A stretch of 60,940 nucleotides of DNA, filler included, from Armatimonadota bacterium (lineage in GTDB: Bacteria; Armatimonadota; Fimbriimonadia; Fimbriimonadales; Fimbriimonadaceae), in the NCBI GenBank assembly GCA_031400935.1. It is 3 parts of 3 records of this genome, joined end to end, with 100 filler letters (N's around TTAATTAATTAA, not from the genome) between each part and the next. Parts side by side here need not be neighbours in the genome. Positions count along the whole stretch, not along the records: positions 1 to 21,461 come from JANNQV010000059.1; 2 more parts are not named here. The stretch is one strand, 5' to 3'. Below the pieces are notes generated by a model that was given only the letters and a program-made list of their open reading frames with translations, was not told the origin of the DNA and ran no database searches. The translations under genes and the position numbers were made by a program. Below, piece by piece: positions 9,709 to 19,549 of this stretch; the first letter of the stretch is position 1, and every line of letters starts with the position of its first letter.

Positions 9709-10740
9709 ATGGATTTGTACCAAAACCTCCTCCGACCCCTTGGCTTCCTTCTCGATCCCGAAGTCGCCCATAACTTCGGCATGGCGATGATCCAGCGCGG
9801 TGTCGTCCGAGCAGAGCCTTTTGCAGATTCAAAGCTAGAACAAACTCTGTTTGGCTGTCACTTTGCAAATCCGGTTGGGCTTGCCGCAGGCTTCGATAAG
9901 AACGCCGTCGCCCTCAATCAATGGGATGAGCTTGGTTTTGGGTTCGTCGAAGTAGGGACAATCACGCATCATCCGCAAGGCGGAAACGCAAATCCGCGAC
10001 TCTTTCGACTTCCCCAAGACCAAGCTCTTATCAACCGTATGGGATTCAACAACAACGGTGCTGCTGTGATTGCCGAGCGAATTCGGCAATCCGAGCCATC
10101 AATCCCGGTCGGAATCAACTTGGGCAAGTCACGTGTCGCTGCGCTTGAAGATGCGGCAGCAGACTACCAGGCAAGCTATCGCCTTTTGAGCAGACTCGGA
10201 GATTACTTTGTAGTCAACGTTTCATCGCCGAACACCCCAGGGTTGCGAAGCCTTCAAGATAAGTCCGCCCTAAGCGAGATTTTGAAGGCAATTCAGGAGT
10301 TAGACGCTTCAAGGCCGATGTTCGTGAAAATCTCGCCTGACCTCACACTTGGCGCAATTGACGACGTAATCGAAGTCGCCATTCAGCATAAATTGACCGG
10401 GATCGTTGCCACCAACACAACCCTTTCTCGCGACGGATTGACAAGCCCAACGAAACTAGAAGGTGGATTAAGCGGAAAGCCACTTAGAAATTCAGCGAAC
10501 GATGTCATGCGACATTTGCATTCCCAGTGCCCCGACTCGATGATCAAGATCGGCGTCGGTGGAATTTTCGATGGGGATGATCTCTTTGAAAGAATCGCTT
10601 CTGGGGCGAACCTTTGCCAAATCTATACTGGGTGGATCTACGGAGGGCCGAGCACGGTTCCAGCGATGCTACGGAGGTTGGTTGAGCGAATGGATGTGGA
10701 GGGGATTCGAAGTTTGGAAGAGTTGAGGGGAAGTTCGTAA
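9709..10740 (+). CDS. pyrD: Quinone-dependent dihydroorotate dehydrogenase (class 2)
   Basis: NPVGLAAGFDKNA, LINRMGFNN, VNVSSPNTPGLR, GGLSGKPL. Confidence 0.98.
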   Translation: MDLYQNLLRPLGFLLDPEVAHNFGMAMIQRGVVRAEPFADSKLEQTLFGCHFANPVGLAAGFDKNAVALNQWDELGFGFVEVGTITHHPQGGNANPRLFRLPQDQALINRMGFNNNGAAVIAERIRQSEPSIPVGINLGKSRVAALEDAAADYQASYRLLSRLGDYFVVNVSSPNTPGLRSLQDKSALSEILKAIQELDASRPMFVKISPDLTLGAIDDVIEVAIQHKLTGIVATNTTLSRDGLTSPTKLEGGLSGKPLRNSANDVMRHLHSQCPDSMIKIGVGGIFDGDDLFERIASGANLCQIYTGWIYGGPSTVPAMLRRLVERMDVEGIRSLEELRGSS

Positions 10741-10751
10741 CCGCTCGTTAG

Positions 10752-10940
10752 CCCCCTCCTTTTTGTGAGGAACGAGCAAAGAGGAGGGGGTCGGGGGTGG
10801 AGTCAAGCTCGCTTTCAACTGTTACAGCTTGCGAAATCTGCCTTGGACAGGAACTCCCTCCCTCCCGATCTTCGATTTCCCTTCGGAGGGATCTGCGGCA
10901 ACCCCTCCCTCTTTCTCCTTCGTCGAAAAAGGGAGAGGCT
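10752..10940. repeat. Cluster of pyrimidine/purine-arm hairpin repeats between convergent genes
   Basis: ccccctcctttt...aaagaggagggggtcgggggtggagt (10752-10803) and ccctccct...gggagagg elements (10853-10940); similar to 9581-9623, 34549-34617 and 52261-52293. Confidence 0.55.
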
Positions 10941-10954
10941 AAATTCCAGGGAAC

Positions 10955-12520
10955 TTACCGTTCCCCAGGAAGAACGATGCCCTTCATAATCACCCTCTGG
11001 GCAAGGAGGAAGGCAAGAACAGTGGGAATAGCTGCCAAAGTCAATGCCGCCATGATGGTTGACCTCGGTGCGATGGTTTGAAGCTGATAGATGAACACCA
11101 TTAGCGTCCACATTTGCTGATCCTGAGCTACTACAAACGCATACATAAACGCCCCATAAGCTCCCATAAAGGCAGTCAAAGACAAGTATCCAAGAACGGG
11201 GCGCGCCAGCGGCAGTGCGATCTTCCACAGCATTGTGAAGTCCTTAGCGCCATCAAGTTGGCCTGCCTCATAGAGTTCTGCGGGAAGAGAATCAAAGAAT
11301 CCTTTGAGCAAGAAAATCATGTATCCGGATGCCGCCGTAGGTAGCACAAGCGCCGCAAAAGTATTCAACAACCCAAAGTTTTTCAAGAGGAGGAACGATG
11401 GAATCATGGCGACTTCTGCCGGAAAAGCCATCGTTGCCAAGAGAAAAAGCAGTATTTTTCCTGACGCGCGAATCGGATATCGAGACAATGCAAATGCAGC
11501 AAGAGGATTTACGATCAATTGGGTCAGAATCGCCAAGGCGCAAAAAATGAGCGTATTTGATAAGGCTCGGCCATTGAGAGCAACGTAATCTAGCACGTAT
11601 CGGTAGTTTCTAGTCGCCATTTCATTCCGAATAGTAGATTGATGATTGGCGATAAAGTCTCTTTCATACGCTTCTATTGGCATTTCTCCCTTTGATTTCC
11701 GATACCAAAGTTCCTCAATCGAACTTTTTGAAAACCTCTTGGGCAGGCGCATCGCCTCGAACTCGCTTAGCGAAGCTCCGCTTTCTGGCAAAACCACACC
11801 TTCGAACTTATCTGCGAGCCGGGGAATGTTCATCGGAACCAATGCAAACTGATTCTGGTATTTTGATCGCAAGAAGTCCTGGAACATCTTCGTCTTTCGA
11901 ACGGGGATACGGAATTCAGCAGGTAGTGCGGCCTTGAATTCGAGCCACTCTGGATATTTGTTTCCTGCCCTCGGAGACCATCGTTTTTGATCCAACACCT
12001 CACTCGGCGGCATGACGGTTTGAAACGCAACGTTCTCCTCAACATAGTTCTTGTTCAAGTCGTCAATTGTTTTGTATTTCGTTCGGAGCCATGCCTGATA
12101 TTTGGCGGACAATCGAGACGTTTGTTGATTAGGTGCGGGCCGAAACCCTGCTACCCAATGATCTAGTGGCAATGCCATTAAGAACGCTTCGTATTTCTTA
12201 ATTTCTGCCAATCCGGCGGAATCTCCGATTCTCGTTGAATCTATTTGGGTCGGGTTTCCCGCATATTTGTCTGTCAGATATTTAGCAGTTAGCGAGCCAG
12301 TGCTCAATTTTCCTGTGTTGTCGTTGCCATCAACGTTCGACCAAAACTCAGGAATCAAGCGGTTGTCATTTTGATCAGTCGGCCCCTTGAAGCCAGTCGA
12401 AACCGTAAGGAGAAATGGATAGAGGGTCGTGAGTGCGCCAAGAATGAGCAACGAATACACGAATGCCATTGCAAACCGCGAGCGCCAGCTCTTTCGCCCA
12501 ACTTTGCCGACCAGGCTCAT
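10955..12520 (-). CDS. Carbohydrate ABC transporter permease (MalG-like) with a large extracytoplasmic insertion
   Basis: C-terminal EAA motif LPAELYEAGQLDGA and MalG-type TMs; about 270-aa hydrophilic insert after TM1. Confidence 0.9.
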   Translation of the reverse strand: MSLVGKVGRKSWRSRFAMAFVYSLLILGALTTLYPFLLTVSTGFKGPTDQNDNRLIPEFWSNVDGNDNTGKLSTGSLTAKYLTDKYAGNPTQIDSTRIGDSAGLAEIKKYEAFLMALPLDHWVAGFRPAPNQQTSRLSAKYQAWLRTKYKTIDDLNKNYVEENVAFQTVMPPSEVLDQKRWSPRAGNKYPEWLEFKAALPAEFRIPVRKTKMFQDFLRSKYQNQFALVPMNIPRLADKFEGVVLPESGASLSEFEAMRLPKRFSKSSIEELWYRKSKGEMPIEAYERDFIANHQSTIRNEMATRNYRYVLDYVALNGRALSNTLIFCALAILTQLIVNPLAAFALSRYPIRASGKILLFLLATMAFPAEVAMIPSFLLLKNFGLLNTFAALVLPTAASGYMIFLLKGFFDSLPAELYEAGQLDGAKDFTMLWKIALPLARPVLGYLSLTAFMGAYGAFMYAFVVAQDQQMWTLMVFIYQLQTIAPRSTIMAALTLAAIPTVLAFLLAQRVIMKGIVLPGER

Positions 12521-12538
12521 GAAGCTAGGTTACCTACC

Positions 12539-12576
12539 TTTGGGAGTGCGTCCGAGCATCTCGGCGCACTCCCAAA
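12539..12576. repeat. REP-like palindrome, TTTGGGAGTGCG family
   Basis: tttgggagtgcg-tccgagcatctcgg-cgcactcccaaa, perfect 12-bp terminal inverted repeat, same termini as 21381-21461 and 40297-40443. Confidence 0.75.
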
Positions 12577-12699
12577 AGCCCCGATTTCAGCCTCCTCGCA
12601 AAAATACTGCCAGTAAATTTACTTATAACAGGTATTTTTACTAGGATAACCTGATGGAATTACCTGGAAAGAGACATTTGGATGATTGCATAGCGCAGC

Positions 12700-12719
12700 C
12701 GGGACTATGGAGAGTCCCG
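12700..12719 (+). promoter_or_regulatory. Candidate CsrA/RsmA-binding hairpin in the flagellin leader
   Basis: CGGGACU-[AUGGAG]-AGUCCCG, 7-bp stem with ANGGA in the loop; a second ACGGA overlaps the SD. Confidence 0.6.
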
Positions 12720-12747
12720 TGCAAAGACTAGCACGGAGGAACACAAA

Positions 12748-14199
12748 ATGTCATTTCGCGTAAATACTAATATTTCCAGCATGGGTGCTCTACGAAACGT
12801 AGGCATGACAGGCATGGAATTTGCAAAATCAATTACTCGTCTTTCGACGGGTCTTCGCATAAACTCAGCAGCCGACGATCCAGCCGGCCTTATCATTTCG
12901 GAGAATTTCCGAGCCCAAATTTCGGGCATCGAACAAGCCATTCGCAACAACAATGATGCGGTGAACTACGCAAAAACGGCAGAAGGCGCGCTCGATGAGG
13001 TTAATCGCCTCCTCAGAGATGCGCGCTCTCTGGCAGTTGCCGCTGGTAACACCGGAACATTGAGCCCATCGCAGATTCAAGCAAATCAGAATCAGCTGAC
13101 TTCGATCATGAGCTCAGTTTCTCGAATTGCACAACAAACACAGTTCGGAACAAAGAAGCTACTCGATGGCTCTGCTGGTGTTAATGCTGCCAATCTTAGC
13201 GCAGCTAATATAGCTGGACTTTACTTCAGCGGCAATTTCAATGGCGCCGCTGTGACGACCAACTCTGCTGTGACAATCAGTATGTCTACAGCCGCTACTC
13301 GTGCATCCTTAACTGGATCGGTCACATTTGCGACTGCTGCTACAACAGTTGCTGCTGGCCAATTCTCACTCAACGGAACTTCGTTCACGACTTCGACAAA
13401 CATGACGATCACTGACGTCGTTCAAATGATCAATAACGCTTCGTCTAGTACAGGCGTTAGCGCAGACTTCACCGCAGGTGCTGGTGTAACTTTCCGATCC
13501 ACCCGGTTTGGAACTGTTGGCAACTTCTCATTGTCTGATGCAAGTGGGGTTATGAACGCCGCTGGTACGACTACCGCAACTGGCGTTGATGCCGTTGCAA
13601 GCATCGTCATTGACACAAACGGTTCGACCGCAGGCGGACTTTCAACAGTCACGTTTACGGGTGGCCGAAACAGCCAAAGCGGACTGATGCTCACAGACGG
13701 AACAGGCAACAGCGTGATGCTTACAGAAGCAGGCAACGCCACCGGTGCTGCGTTCTTGGGCGGATACCTAAATGTAGGTTCAGCTCAGTTCCAAATCGGT
13801 GCAAACTCTGGGCAAACAATTAATCTCTCGCTGGGCAACTTCTCAGCAAGTGAACTTGGAAAGAATATCGTGTCAGGTCTCAATTTGAGCAACCTCGACA
13901 TCACAACCACTACCGGATCAACAAATGGCTTAGATGTCATTGATGCCGCAATCAATGAGGTTACTAGGGCAAGAGGCGAAATTGGCTCTTTCCAGAGGAA
14001 CGCTATTGACTCAAACATTCGCTCGTTGGGAATCGCTAAAGAGAACCTTCAAGCCACTGAATCGTCAATTCGCGATACAGATATCGCCGCAGAAATGACG
14101 AACTTTACGAAGCTGCAAATTCTACAACAGTCTGGAATGGCAATGCTTGCTCAGGCAAACAATGCTCCACAGGCAGTTTTGGCCCTACTAAGAGGATAG
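12748..14199 (+). CDS. fliC: Flagellin
   Basis: FRVNTNISS...RLSTGLRINSAADDPAGL N-terminus; ESSIRDTDIAAEMTNFTK...MLAQAN C-terminus; SD GGAGG. Confidence 0.97.
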   Translation: MSFRVNTNISSMGALRNVGMTGMEFAKSITRLSTGLRINSAADDPAGLIISENFRAQISGIEQAIRNNNDAVNYAKTAEGALDEVNRLLRDARSLAVAAGNTGTLSPSQIQANQNQLTSIMSSVSRIAQQTQFGTKKLLDGSAGVNAANLSAANIAGLYFSGNFNGAAVTTNSAVTISMSTAATRASLTGSVTFATAATTVAAGQFSLNGTSFTTSTNMTITDVVQMINNASSSTGVSADFTAGAGVTFRSTRFGTVGNFSLSDASGVMNAAGTTTATGVDAVASIVIDTNGSTAGGLSTVTFTGGRNSQSGLMLTDGTGNSVMLTEAGNATGAAFLGGYLNVGSAQFQIGANSGQTINLSLGNFSASELGKNIVSGLNLSNLDITTTTGSTNGLDVIDAAINEVTRARGEIGSFQRNAIDSNIRSLGIAKENLQATESSIRDTDIAAEMTNFTKLQILQQSGMAMLAQANNAPQAVLALLRG

Positions 14200-14221
14200 T
14201 CTTTGGCTCGCAGCACATCCT

Positions 14222-14256
14222 GGGTCGTCGGCTTAGCCGGCGACCCGCTCTTTTTT
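14222..14256 (+). terminator. Rho-independent terminator after flagellin
   Basis: gggtcgtcggc-tta-gccggcgaccc stem followed by gctcTTTTTT. Confidence 0.75.
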
Positions 14257-14345
14257 GATTTGGGTGAATATGTGAAGTGGGTGACTGGGATGAGTGCGGA
14301 TCAGAGAGTGGAGCGCTGAGTGTATAGTGACCGAACCGCAATCCA

Positions 14346-14379
14346 CCAACCGCTGACGGCTAACTGCCAACCGACCAAC
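14346..14379. repeat. Heptamer tandem repeat (CCAACCG/CTAACTG)
   Basis: ccaaccg ctgacgg ctaactg ccaaccg accaac; the reverse complement of ccaaccgctaactgccaacc also occurs at about 38800-38819. Confidence 0.55.
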
Positions 14380-14822
14380 TAGTGCCCGCCGTCACCGACG
14401 GTAGCTCGCTGCACCGCTTCTTCATCTACAACTGGAGCGTTTACATTAGTGATTTTCAACTGCTTTTGACCTTCCCAGCCCGGCTCTGTTTCCATGTGCC
14501 GTGTGCCATAGTCGGAAAAGGTAATTGCAAAAAAGCCAAGCCCTGCAAATCCGAGGAAAACATACATCTTCACAAGTTTAGAAGCCCATTTGACTCCCAT
14601 GAAAATCATGATGACCAAGGTGGCCTTGGTGCATGCAATCATCATCGCGACGATGTTGTTCGCAAAAGTACCAGGCACTTCGCCGAACATTTGAGTGAAG
14701 TCAAAATTATAGGCAAATATGGTCAATCCCATCAGCAGCATCAATACAATCAGCAACTTGAAATAAGTGCTGATCGGCGCGACGTGCGGGTGATATTCTT
14801 CTGAATGTGTATCGTGTGACAT
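14379..14822 (-). CDS. ctaF: Cytochrome c oxidase subunit IV
   Basis: Small 3-TM protein, IACTKATLVIMIFMG motif, last gene of the oxidase operon. Confidence 0.8.
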   Translation of the reverse strand: MSHDTHSEEYHPHVAPISTYFKLLIVLMLLMGLTIFAYNFDFTQMFGEVPGTFANNIVAMMIACTKATLVIMIFMGVKWASKLVKMYVFLGFAGLGFFAITFSDYGTRHMETEPGWEGQKQLKITNVNAPVVDEEAVQRATVGDGGH

Positions 14823-14825
14823 GGC

Positions 14826-15518
14826 TTACTTCGGCATGAGATAGAACAGTGGGAAAAGGAAAATCCAGACCAGATCAACAAAGTGCCAATAAAGTCCAAA
14901 CATCTCCGTCGGCAAAAAGCTGTCAACTAGAATGCTCTTGATTTTCGTGAGGTACATCAGAATCACGATGCATATTATCCCGATCAATACGTGAATTCCG
15001 TGCAGCCCCGTCATCGCAAAATAAAGGCTGTAGAACATCTTTGCGGTTCCGCCGGGAACTTGAAGCAAGTCCGGACTTGAAACGTGCCCCGGCCAATCCC
15101 AATACCAAGGCATGTGCCCATGCTGCCACTTTGGATACCACTCAAATGCAAGTTTTACTACAAGAAACCCGGAGGCCAACAGGGCTGTCAAGCCCATAAA
15201 GATCTGCTGCGGCTTCCGATTCTTAAGTGTCGCGTGATGCACCGCGCAAGCCATCGTAAATGAACTTAGCAACAAAATGACTGTGTTCAGCGCTCCTAAT
15301 GGCCAACTCAGTTCCGTGTGGAGTCTGTAAAACATGTCCTGATTCGACCAGCGATAGATAATGTAGATAAAGAACATGCCACCGAAGAACATAATTTCTG
15401 TGACAAGGAACGTCCACATTCCAACGATGTAGCTGTCATTTTGTTGTTCGAGGGTCTCGAACTGATGGTAAACCTCAGGGTCGTGGTGGCTAGTTGAATC
15501 TACATGGGTGCTTGCCAT
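14826..15518 (-). CDS. ctaE: Cytochrome c oxidase subunit III
   Basis: GMWTFLVTEIMFF, TGLHGIHV, GLYWHFVDLVWIFLF. Confidence 0.95.
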   Translation of the reverse strand: MASTHVDSTSHHDPEVYHQFETLEQQNDSYIVGMWTFLVTEIMFFGGMFFIYIIYRWSNQDMFYRLHTELSWPLGALNTVILLLSSFTMACAVHHATLKNRKPQQIFMGLTALLASGFLVVKLAFEWYPKWQHGHMPWYWDWPGHVSSPDLLQVPGGTAKMFYSLYFAMTGLHGIHVLIGIICIVILMYLTKIKSILVDSFLPTEMFGLYWHFVDLVWIFLFPLFYLMPK

Positions 15519-15523
15519 TTGAT

Positions 15524-17221
15524 TTACTCCTTGCCCTCAGCCGCTTTGGCCGCATCCTCTTCTTCCCGAAGGAAGTCGTGCTGCTCGTCAGAAACGGCGT
15601 CGTAATCGTACGCCTCTGAAGTGACGATTGGCACGGTTGCGAAGTTAAAAGTAGGCGGCGGAGAGGCCGTCGTCCATTCCAATCCCCATGCATGCCACGG
15701 ATTCGGGCCAGCCTTTCGACCGTATTTGAGCGACCAAAGCAAGTAGAACACCGGCAAGATATAGCCGATTCCTAGCACTGTAGTCCCGAGCGTTGACATG
15801 ATGTTGTAGACCTGGAACTCAGGTGCCAAATAGTAATAGTGATATCGGCGCGGCATTCCCAAATATCCGACAATGAACTGTGGAATAAAGGTCATGTTGA
15901 ACCCAACGAACACCAGCATCGCTGAAAGTTGGCCGAGGAATTCGGGATACATTCGGCCAGTCATTTTCGGCCACCACATGTGCAGGCCGCCCATGTAACC
16001 CATGATCGTTCCACCGACCATGACATAGTGGAAGTGCGCGACGACGAAATAGGTGTCATGCAGGTGAACGTCCGATGCCATTGAAGAAAGGAACAGCCCA
16101 GTCAAACCGCCGACCAAGAACAGGCCGATAAAACCCATTCCGTACCACATGGGGGTTTGAAGGCGGATCGAGCCTTTATACATCGTCGCGACCCAGTTGA
16201 ATATTTTGATTGCCGATGGAACTGCAACAAGGAACGTGATGATCGAGAACACAAGTCCTTGATACATGGACTGTCCGGAAACGAACATGTGGTGTCCCCA
16301 GACCAAGAATCCTAAACCAGCAATCGCGAGCGAAGAAAACGCGACGAACGAATATCCAAAAACCCTACGTCGGCTGAAGCAAGAAATGATCTCGTTCGTA
16401 ACGCCCATCGCTGGCAAGATCATGATGTAGACCGCTGGGTGAGAATAGAACCAGAACATGTGCTGGAACAGAACGGGGTCACCGCCTAATTCCGGGCTGA
16501 ATACGCCGAGCTTGAGCACTCGCTCTGCAAAAAGCAAAAGCAAGGTAATAGCGATAACCGGAGTTCCCAAAATGATGATGACGCTAGTCGCATATTGCGC
16601 CCATAAGAATAGGGGCAAACGGAACCAGGTCAACCCTGGAGCGCGCATTTTGTGGATCGTAACAATGAAATTGATGCCCGTAAAAATGGATGAGAATCCC
16701 GCGAGAAACCCTCCAAACACGGCAAGAGTGACCTGCGTATTCGAATACAAGCTTGAGTACGGCGTGTAGAAAGTCCAGCCAGTATCCACACCGCCAAGGA
16801 GCATTGCTAACACGGCAAGGAATCCGCCTGAAATGAACACGTACCAGCTCAGCAAGTTCATTCGCGGGAAGGCAAGATCGCGAGCCCCGCACATTAGCGG
16901 AACTAAGAAGTTCCCAATCACTGCCGGAATGGCAGGAATCAGGAAGAAGAAAACCATGATGATGCCGTGTAGGCTGAAAATCTTGTTGTAGGTTTCGTTC
17001 TCAAAGAAGATGCCGCGTGGCGAAGTCAATTCAAGCCGAACCAATCCAGCTGCTGTTCCACCGACTAAGAAGAAAAAGCTGACCGAAATTAGATAAAGGA
17101 TCGCGATGCGCTTATGGTCTGTTGTCAGTAGCCACGAAGCGATTGTATTCCCATTATTCAGGTAGTTCTTCTCTTCCTTTGGCTTTGGAACATCCGGAAT
17201 TCCGACTGAAGTTGCGCTCAT
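15524..17221 (-). CDS. ctaD: Cytochrome c oxidase subunit I (A2-type)
   Basis: [16 protein letters not shown] (YS motif of the A2 subfamily), WGHHM, VAHFHY. Confidence 0.98.
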   Translation of the reverse strand: MSATSVGIPDVPKPKEEKNYLNNGNTIASWLLTTDHKRIAILYLISVSFFFLVGGTAAGLVRLELTSPRGIFFENETYNKIFSLHGIIMVFFFLIPAIPAVIGNFLVPLMCGARDLAFPRMNLLSWYVFISGGFLAVLAMLLGGVDTGWTFYTPYSSLYSNTQVTLAVFGGFLAGFSSIFTGINFIVTIHKMRAPGLTWFRLPLFLWAQYATSVIIILGTPVIAITLLLLFAERVLKLGVFSPELGGDPVLFQHMFWFYSHPAVYIMILPAMGVTNEIISCFSRRRVFGYSFVAFSSLAIAGLGFLVWGHHMFVSGQSMYQGLVFSIITFLVAVPSAIKIFNWVATMYKGSIRLQTPMWYGMGFIGLFLVGGLTGLFLSSMASDVHLHDTYFVVAHFHYVMVGGTIMGYMGGLHMWWPKMTGRMYPEFLGQLSAMLVFVGFNMTFIPQFIVGYLGMPRRYHYYYLAPEFQVYNIMSTLGTTVLGIGYILPVFYLLWSLKYGRKAGPNPWHAWGLEWTTASPPPTFNFATVPIVTSEAYDYDAVSDEQHDFLREEEDAAKAAEGKE

Positions 17222-18210
17222 CTATTGGTTCCTTGTACTGGCGTTAATGCGGCAGGCTTTTCGGTTTCGCCCATCGTTTTCATGTAGAGAGAAAGTTGAA
17301 TGACCTGATCTTCGTTCAATAGGTCTGAATACTCTGGCATCGTTTGATCGTAACCCTTCAGGATTTTTCGATAGGGATAAAGAACCGCATCGCGAACGTA
17401 AACCTGATCAGCTTCTGCTGAAGTGCCGTCCGTAAACTCGCGCTTCTTGCCGAACATCCCAATGAGCGACGGGCCTCTTTCAGTGTCCTTAACCCCGTGG
17501 CAGTTGCCGCACGAGTACCGATCCCATAGTGCTTTGCCTAATTCAACAGGTGAGGCGTTCGGGAGCGTGTCGTCCCCGCCATTTGCAAGCCATTTCGCAT
17601 AATCAGCTTGACTAACAACGCGAACGTACCCACCCATTTCGGAATGCTGAGTCCCGCAGTATTCAGTGCAAAACAGGTTAAAAGTTCCGATTTTTGTCGC
17701 CTGGAACCACAGCATCGTGTACCTACCAGGAATCACGTCTTGCTTCACTCGAAACTGAGGAACGTAAAAGCTATGGAGAACATCTTGCGAGATCATTGTC
17801 AGCTTGATTGGAACGCCAACGGGCACCGTCAGACGGTTGTTCTCACGAACACCGTTTGGATGCTGCAAGTGCCACATCCATTGCTTGCCAACGACAAAAA
17901 TGTTCATTGACTCTTTTGGAGGCATCCTCATCCGAACATAAAAATCTGCGTTCCACGCAAAAATCACAAGAGCCATCAGGAGCGGAATAACTGACCAAGC
18001 GATCTCGAGCAAGTGATTCGCGGCGGGCGGATTGGAACGATCAGCTTTTGAGCCATGGTGGTATTTGGCAACAAAAAAGGCAATGAAAGCGCATGTGCCG
18101 ACAGTGAAGAAAATTGTCAGCGCCATGATCGTCCAATACATCAAATCGTATTCGACAGCAAACGTTGAGGCTTGCTCAGGAATAAATGGCAGGTGAGGAA
18201 CGTTCCACAT
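17218..18210 (-). CDS. ctaC: Cytochrome c oxidase subunit II with C-terminal cytochrome c (caa3-type)
   Basis: [18 protein letters not shown]uA site, CGNCH heme c motif. Confidence 0.96.
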   Translation of the reverse strand: MWNVPHLPFIPEQASTFAVEYDLMYWTIMALTIFFTVGTCAFIAFFVAKYHHGSKADRSNPPAANHLLEIAWSVIPLLMALVIFAWNADFYVRMRMPPKESMNIFVVGKQWMWHLQHPNGVRENNRLTVPVGVPIKLTMISQDVLHSFYVPQFRVKQDVIPGRYTMLWFQATKIGTFNLFCTEYCGTQHSEMGGYVRVVSQADYAKWLANGGDDTLPNASPVELGKALWDRYSCGNCHGVKDTERGPSLIGMFGKKREFTDGTSAEADQVYVRDAVLYPYRKILKGYDQTMPEYSDLLNEDQVIQLSLYMKTMGETEKPAALTPVQGTNR

Positions 18211-18237
18211 AAAGCTTTCTCGTACTTATCGTTGAGC

Positions 18238-19104
18238 CTAGTTACGGCCCTCCTGTTCAGAATCCAAATCGTTAACGGAAGTCAAAGGCTTGTATTTATG
18301 TTTCACCGACATGGTGACTATAGATGCAATCAGAATCAAGAATGTAAGCGAACCTAAAATTTGCATAAGCCTTACAACTTTGAGACTAAAGGCGCCAGTT
18401 TTCGGGTCGTATTGAAGACAGCCCCACAAGATCGTCGTTGTCTTGGGGCCAATCTTGTTTTCCTGGGCGCGGACTAAAGCTGCATGAACCTCTTTTTGAG
18501 AGTAAGTCACGCCCAAAAGATATTCGCTGACGATTCCTTTAGGGGTGCAAATCACGATTCCGGCGGCATGGGCGACGCGATCGGTTGCCTCATCGAACGA
18601 GTACGTGAATCCGACTTGATCAGTGACTTTGTGGATGTCGTCCCAAGTTCCAGTCAAGAAATGCCACCCGTCTTCAGTATCTGGGTACTTGTAATCTTTC
18701 AGCCAAAGTGCTTTCTTAGATTTGGCAAGCTCCGGCGTTTCTTTGGGATGAATCGAAATCAGAACAACGTCGAAATCCCTTTCTACTTCTAAAAGCTTTT
18801 GCGCGTTAGCTGTCTTGATGATTCCGTCTCGAACAAGTAGGCACGATCCGTTGCAATGGTAGAAAATCATTGCAAGCAAAACCGGTTTCGTCTTGTAGAA
18901 GTCGCCGAGCTTAACGTCCTTTCCGTTTTCATCTTTGAATGGAGTATTGAGCGGAAGCTGAACGCCAAGCTTTTGCTCAAATCCAAAATTCTTTGGAAGC
19001 GGCCCAGAGACTGAGGGAGATTGGGCACTTGCAGTTAAAAAGCTAAATGCAACAAAGAATATTGCAGTCCACCGTGCTCCAAACAATCCTATTAGAACCT
19101 TCAT
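18238..19104 (-). CDS. SCO family copper chaperone
   Basis: CNGSC (CxxxC), WHFLTG, AHAAG; located in the oxidase operon. Confidence 0.9.
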   Translation of the reverse strand: MKVLIGLFGARWTAIFFVAFSFLTASAQSPSVSGPLPKNFGFEQKLGVQLPLNTPFKDENGKDVKLGDFYKTKPVLLAMIFYHCNGSCLLVRDGIIKTANAQKLLEVERDFDVVLISIHPKETPELAKSKKALWLKDYKYPDTEDGWHFLTGTWDDIHKVTDQVGFTYSFDEATDRVAHAAGIVICTPKGIVSEYLLGVTYSQKEVHAALVRAQENKIGPKTTTILWGCLQYDPKTGAFSLKVVRLMQILGSLTFLILIASIVTMSVKHKYKPLTSVNDLDSEQEGRN

Positions 19105-19109
19105 TTGAC

Positions 19110-19541
19110 CTACGGCGTTGCCGTACCTCCCGGCAAGCCTTCAGCGGCAATCTTCTCTAAAGCGACCTCAATCGGCACATGCGCTACGCCCTTCTTCTGG
19201 TCAGACCATCCATAACTGTTTGCAGCATGTTCCTGCGCTTTGTGGTGCTCGTAGATGTCAGGCATCGTTCGTGATGCAGATTGGATCAGTGGATTGGGAT
19301 CCTTTGGAATCAGAGGAGCTTTCAAGTCGTGGAGCGGTGCCAAACTCATTGACAATCCGCGTTTTCCAGCCAAATTCATGATCGGAATGCTGATCACAAT
19401 GAACACGATTGAAACTGCAAAGAACCAGAATGAAATCTTGAGAATTGGTCCGAGATATTGCTCGGAATCCCGCATTTCCCAGCCCATTTCGGGCTTGGTT
19501 CCGGTGTTTACGATTTCTGGATCAAGTTCGTGATTGCTCAT
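19110..19541 (-). CDS. actG: ACIII-associated single-TM protein (ActG-like)
   Basis: One TM, YGWSDQKKGVAHVPIEVA C-terminal motif, position between actF and sco. Confidence 0.6.
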   Translation of the reverse strand: MSNHELDPEIVNTGTKPEMGWEMRDSEQYLGPILKISFWFFAVSIVFIVISIPIMNLAGKRGLSMSLAPLHDLKAPLIPKDPNPLIQSASRTMPDIYEHHKAQEHAANSYGWSDQKKGVAHVPIEVALEKIAAEGLPGGTATP

Positions 19542-19549
19542 AGCTTCAC

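Noticed and set aside
12587..12616. Sigma-28 promoter for the flagellin (TCAG...GCCAGTAA)
   Set aside because: Both boxes deviate from TAAA/GCCGATAA and the 18-nt spacing is too long.
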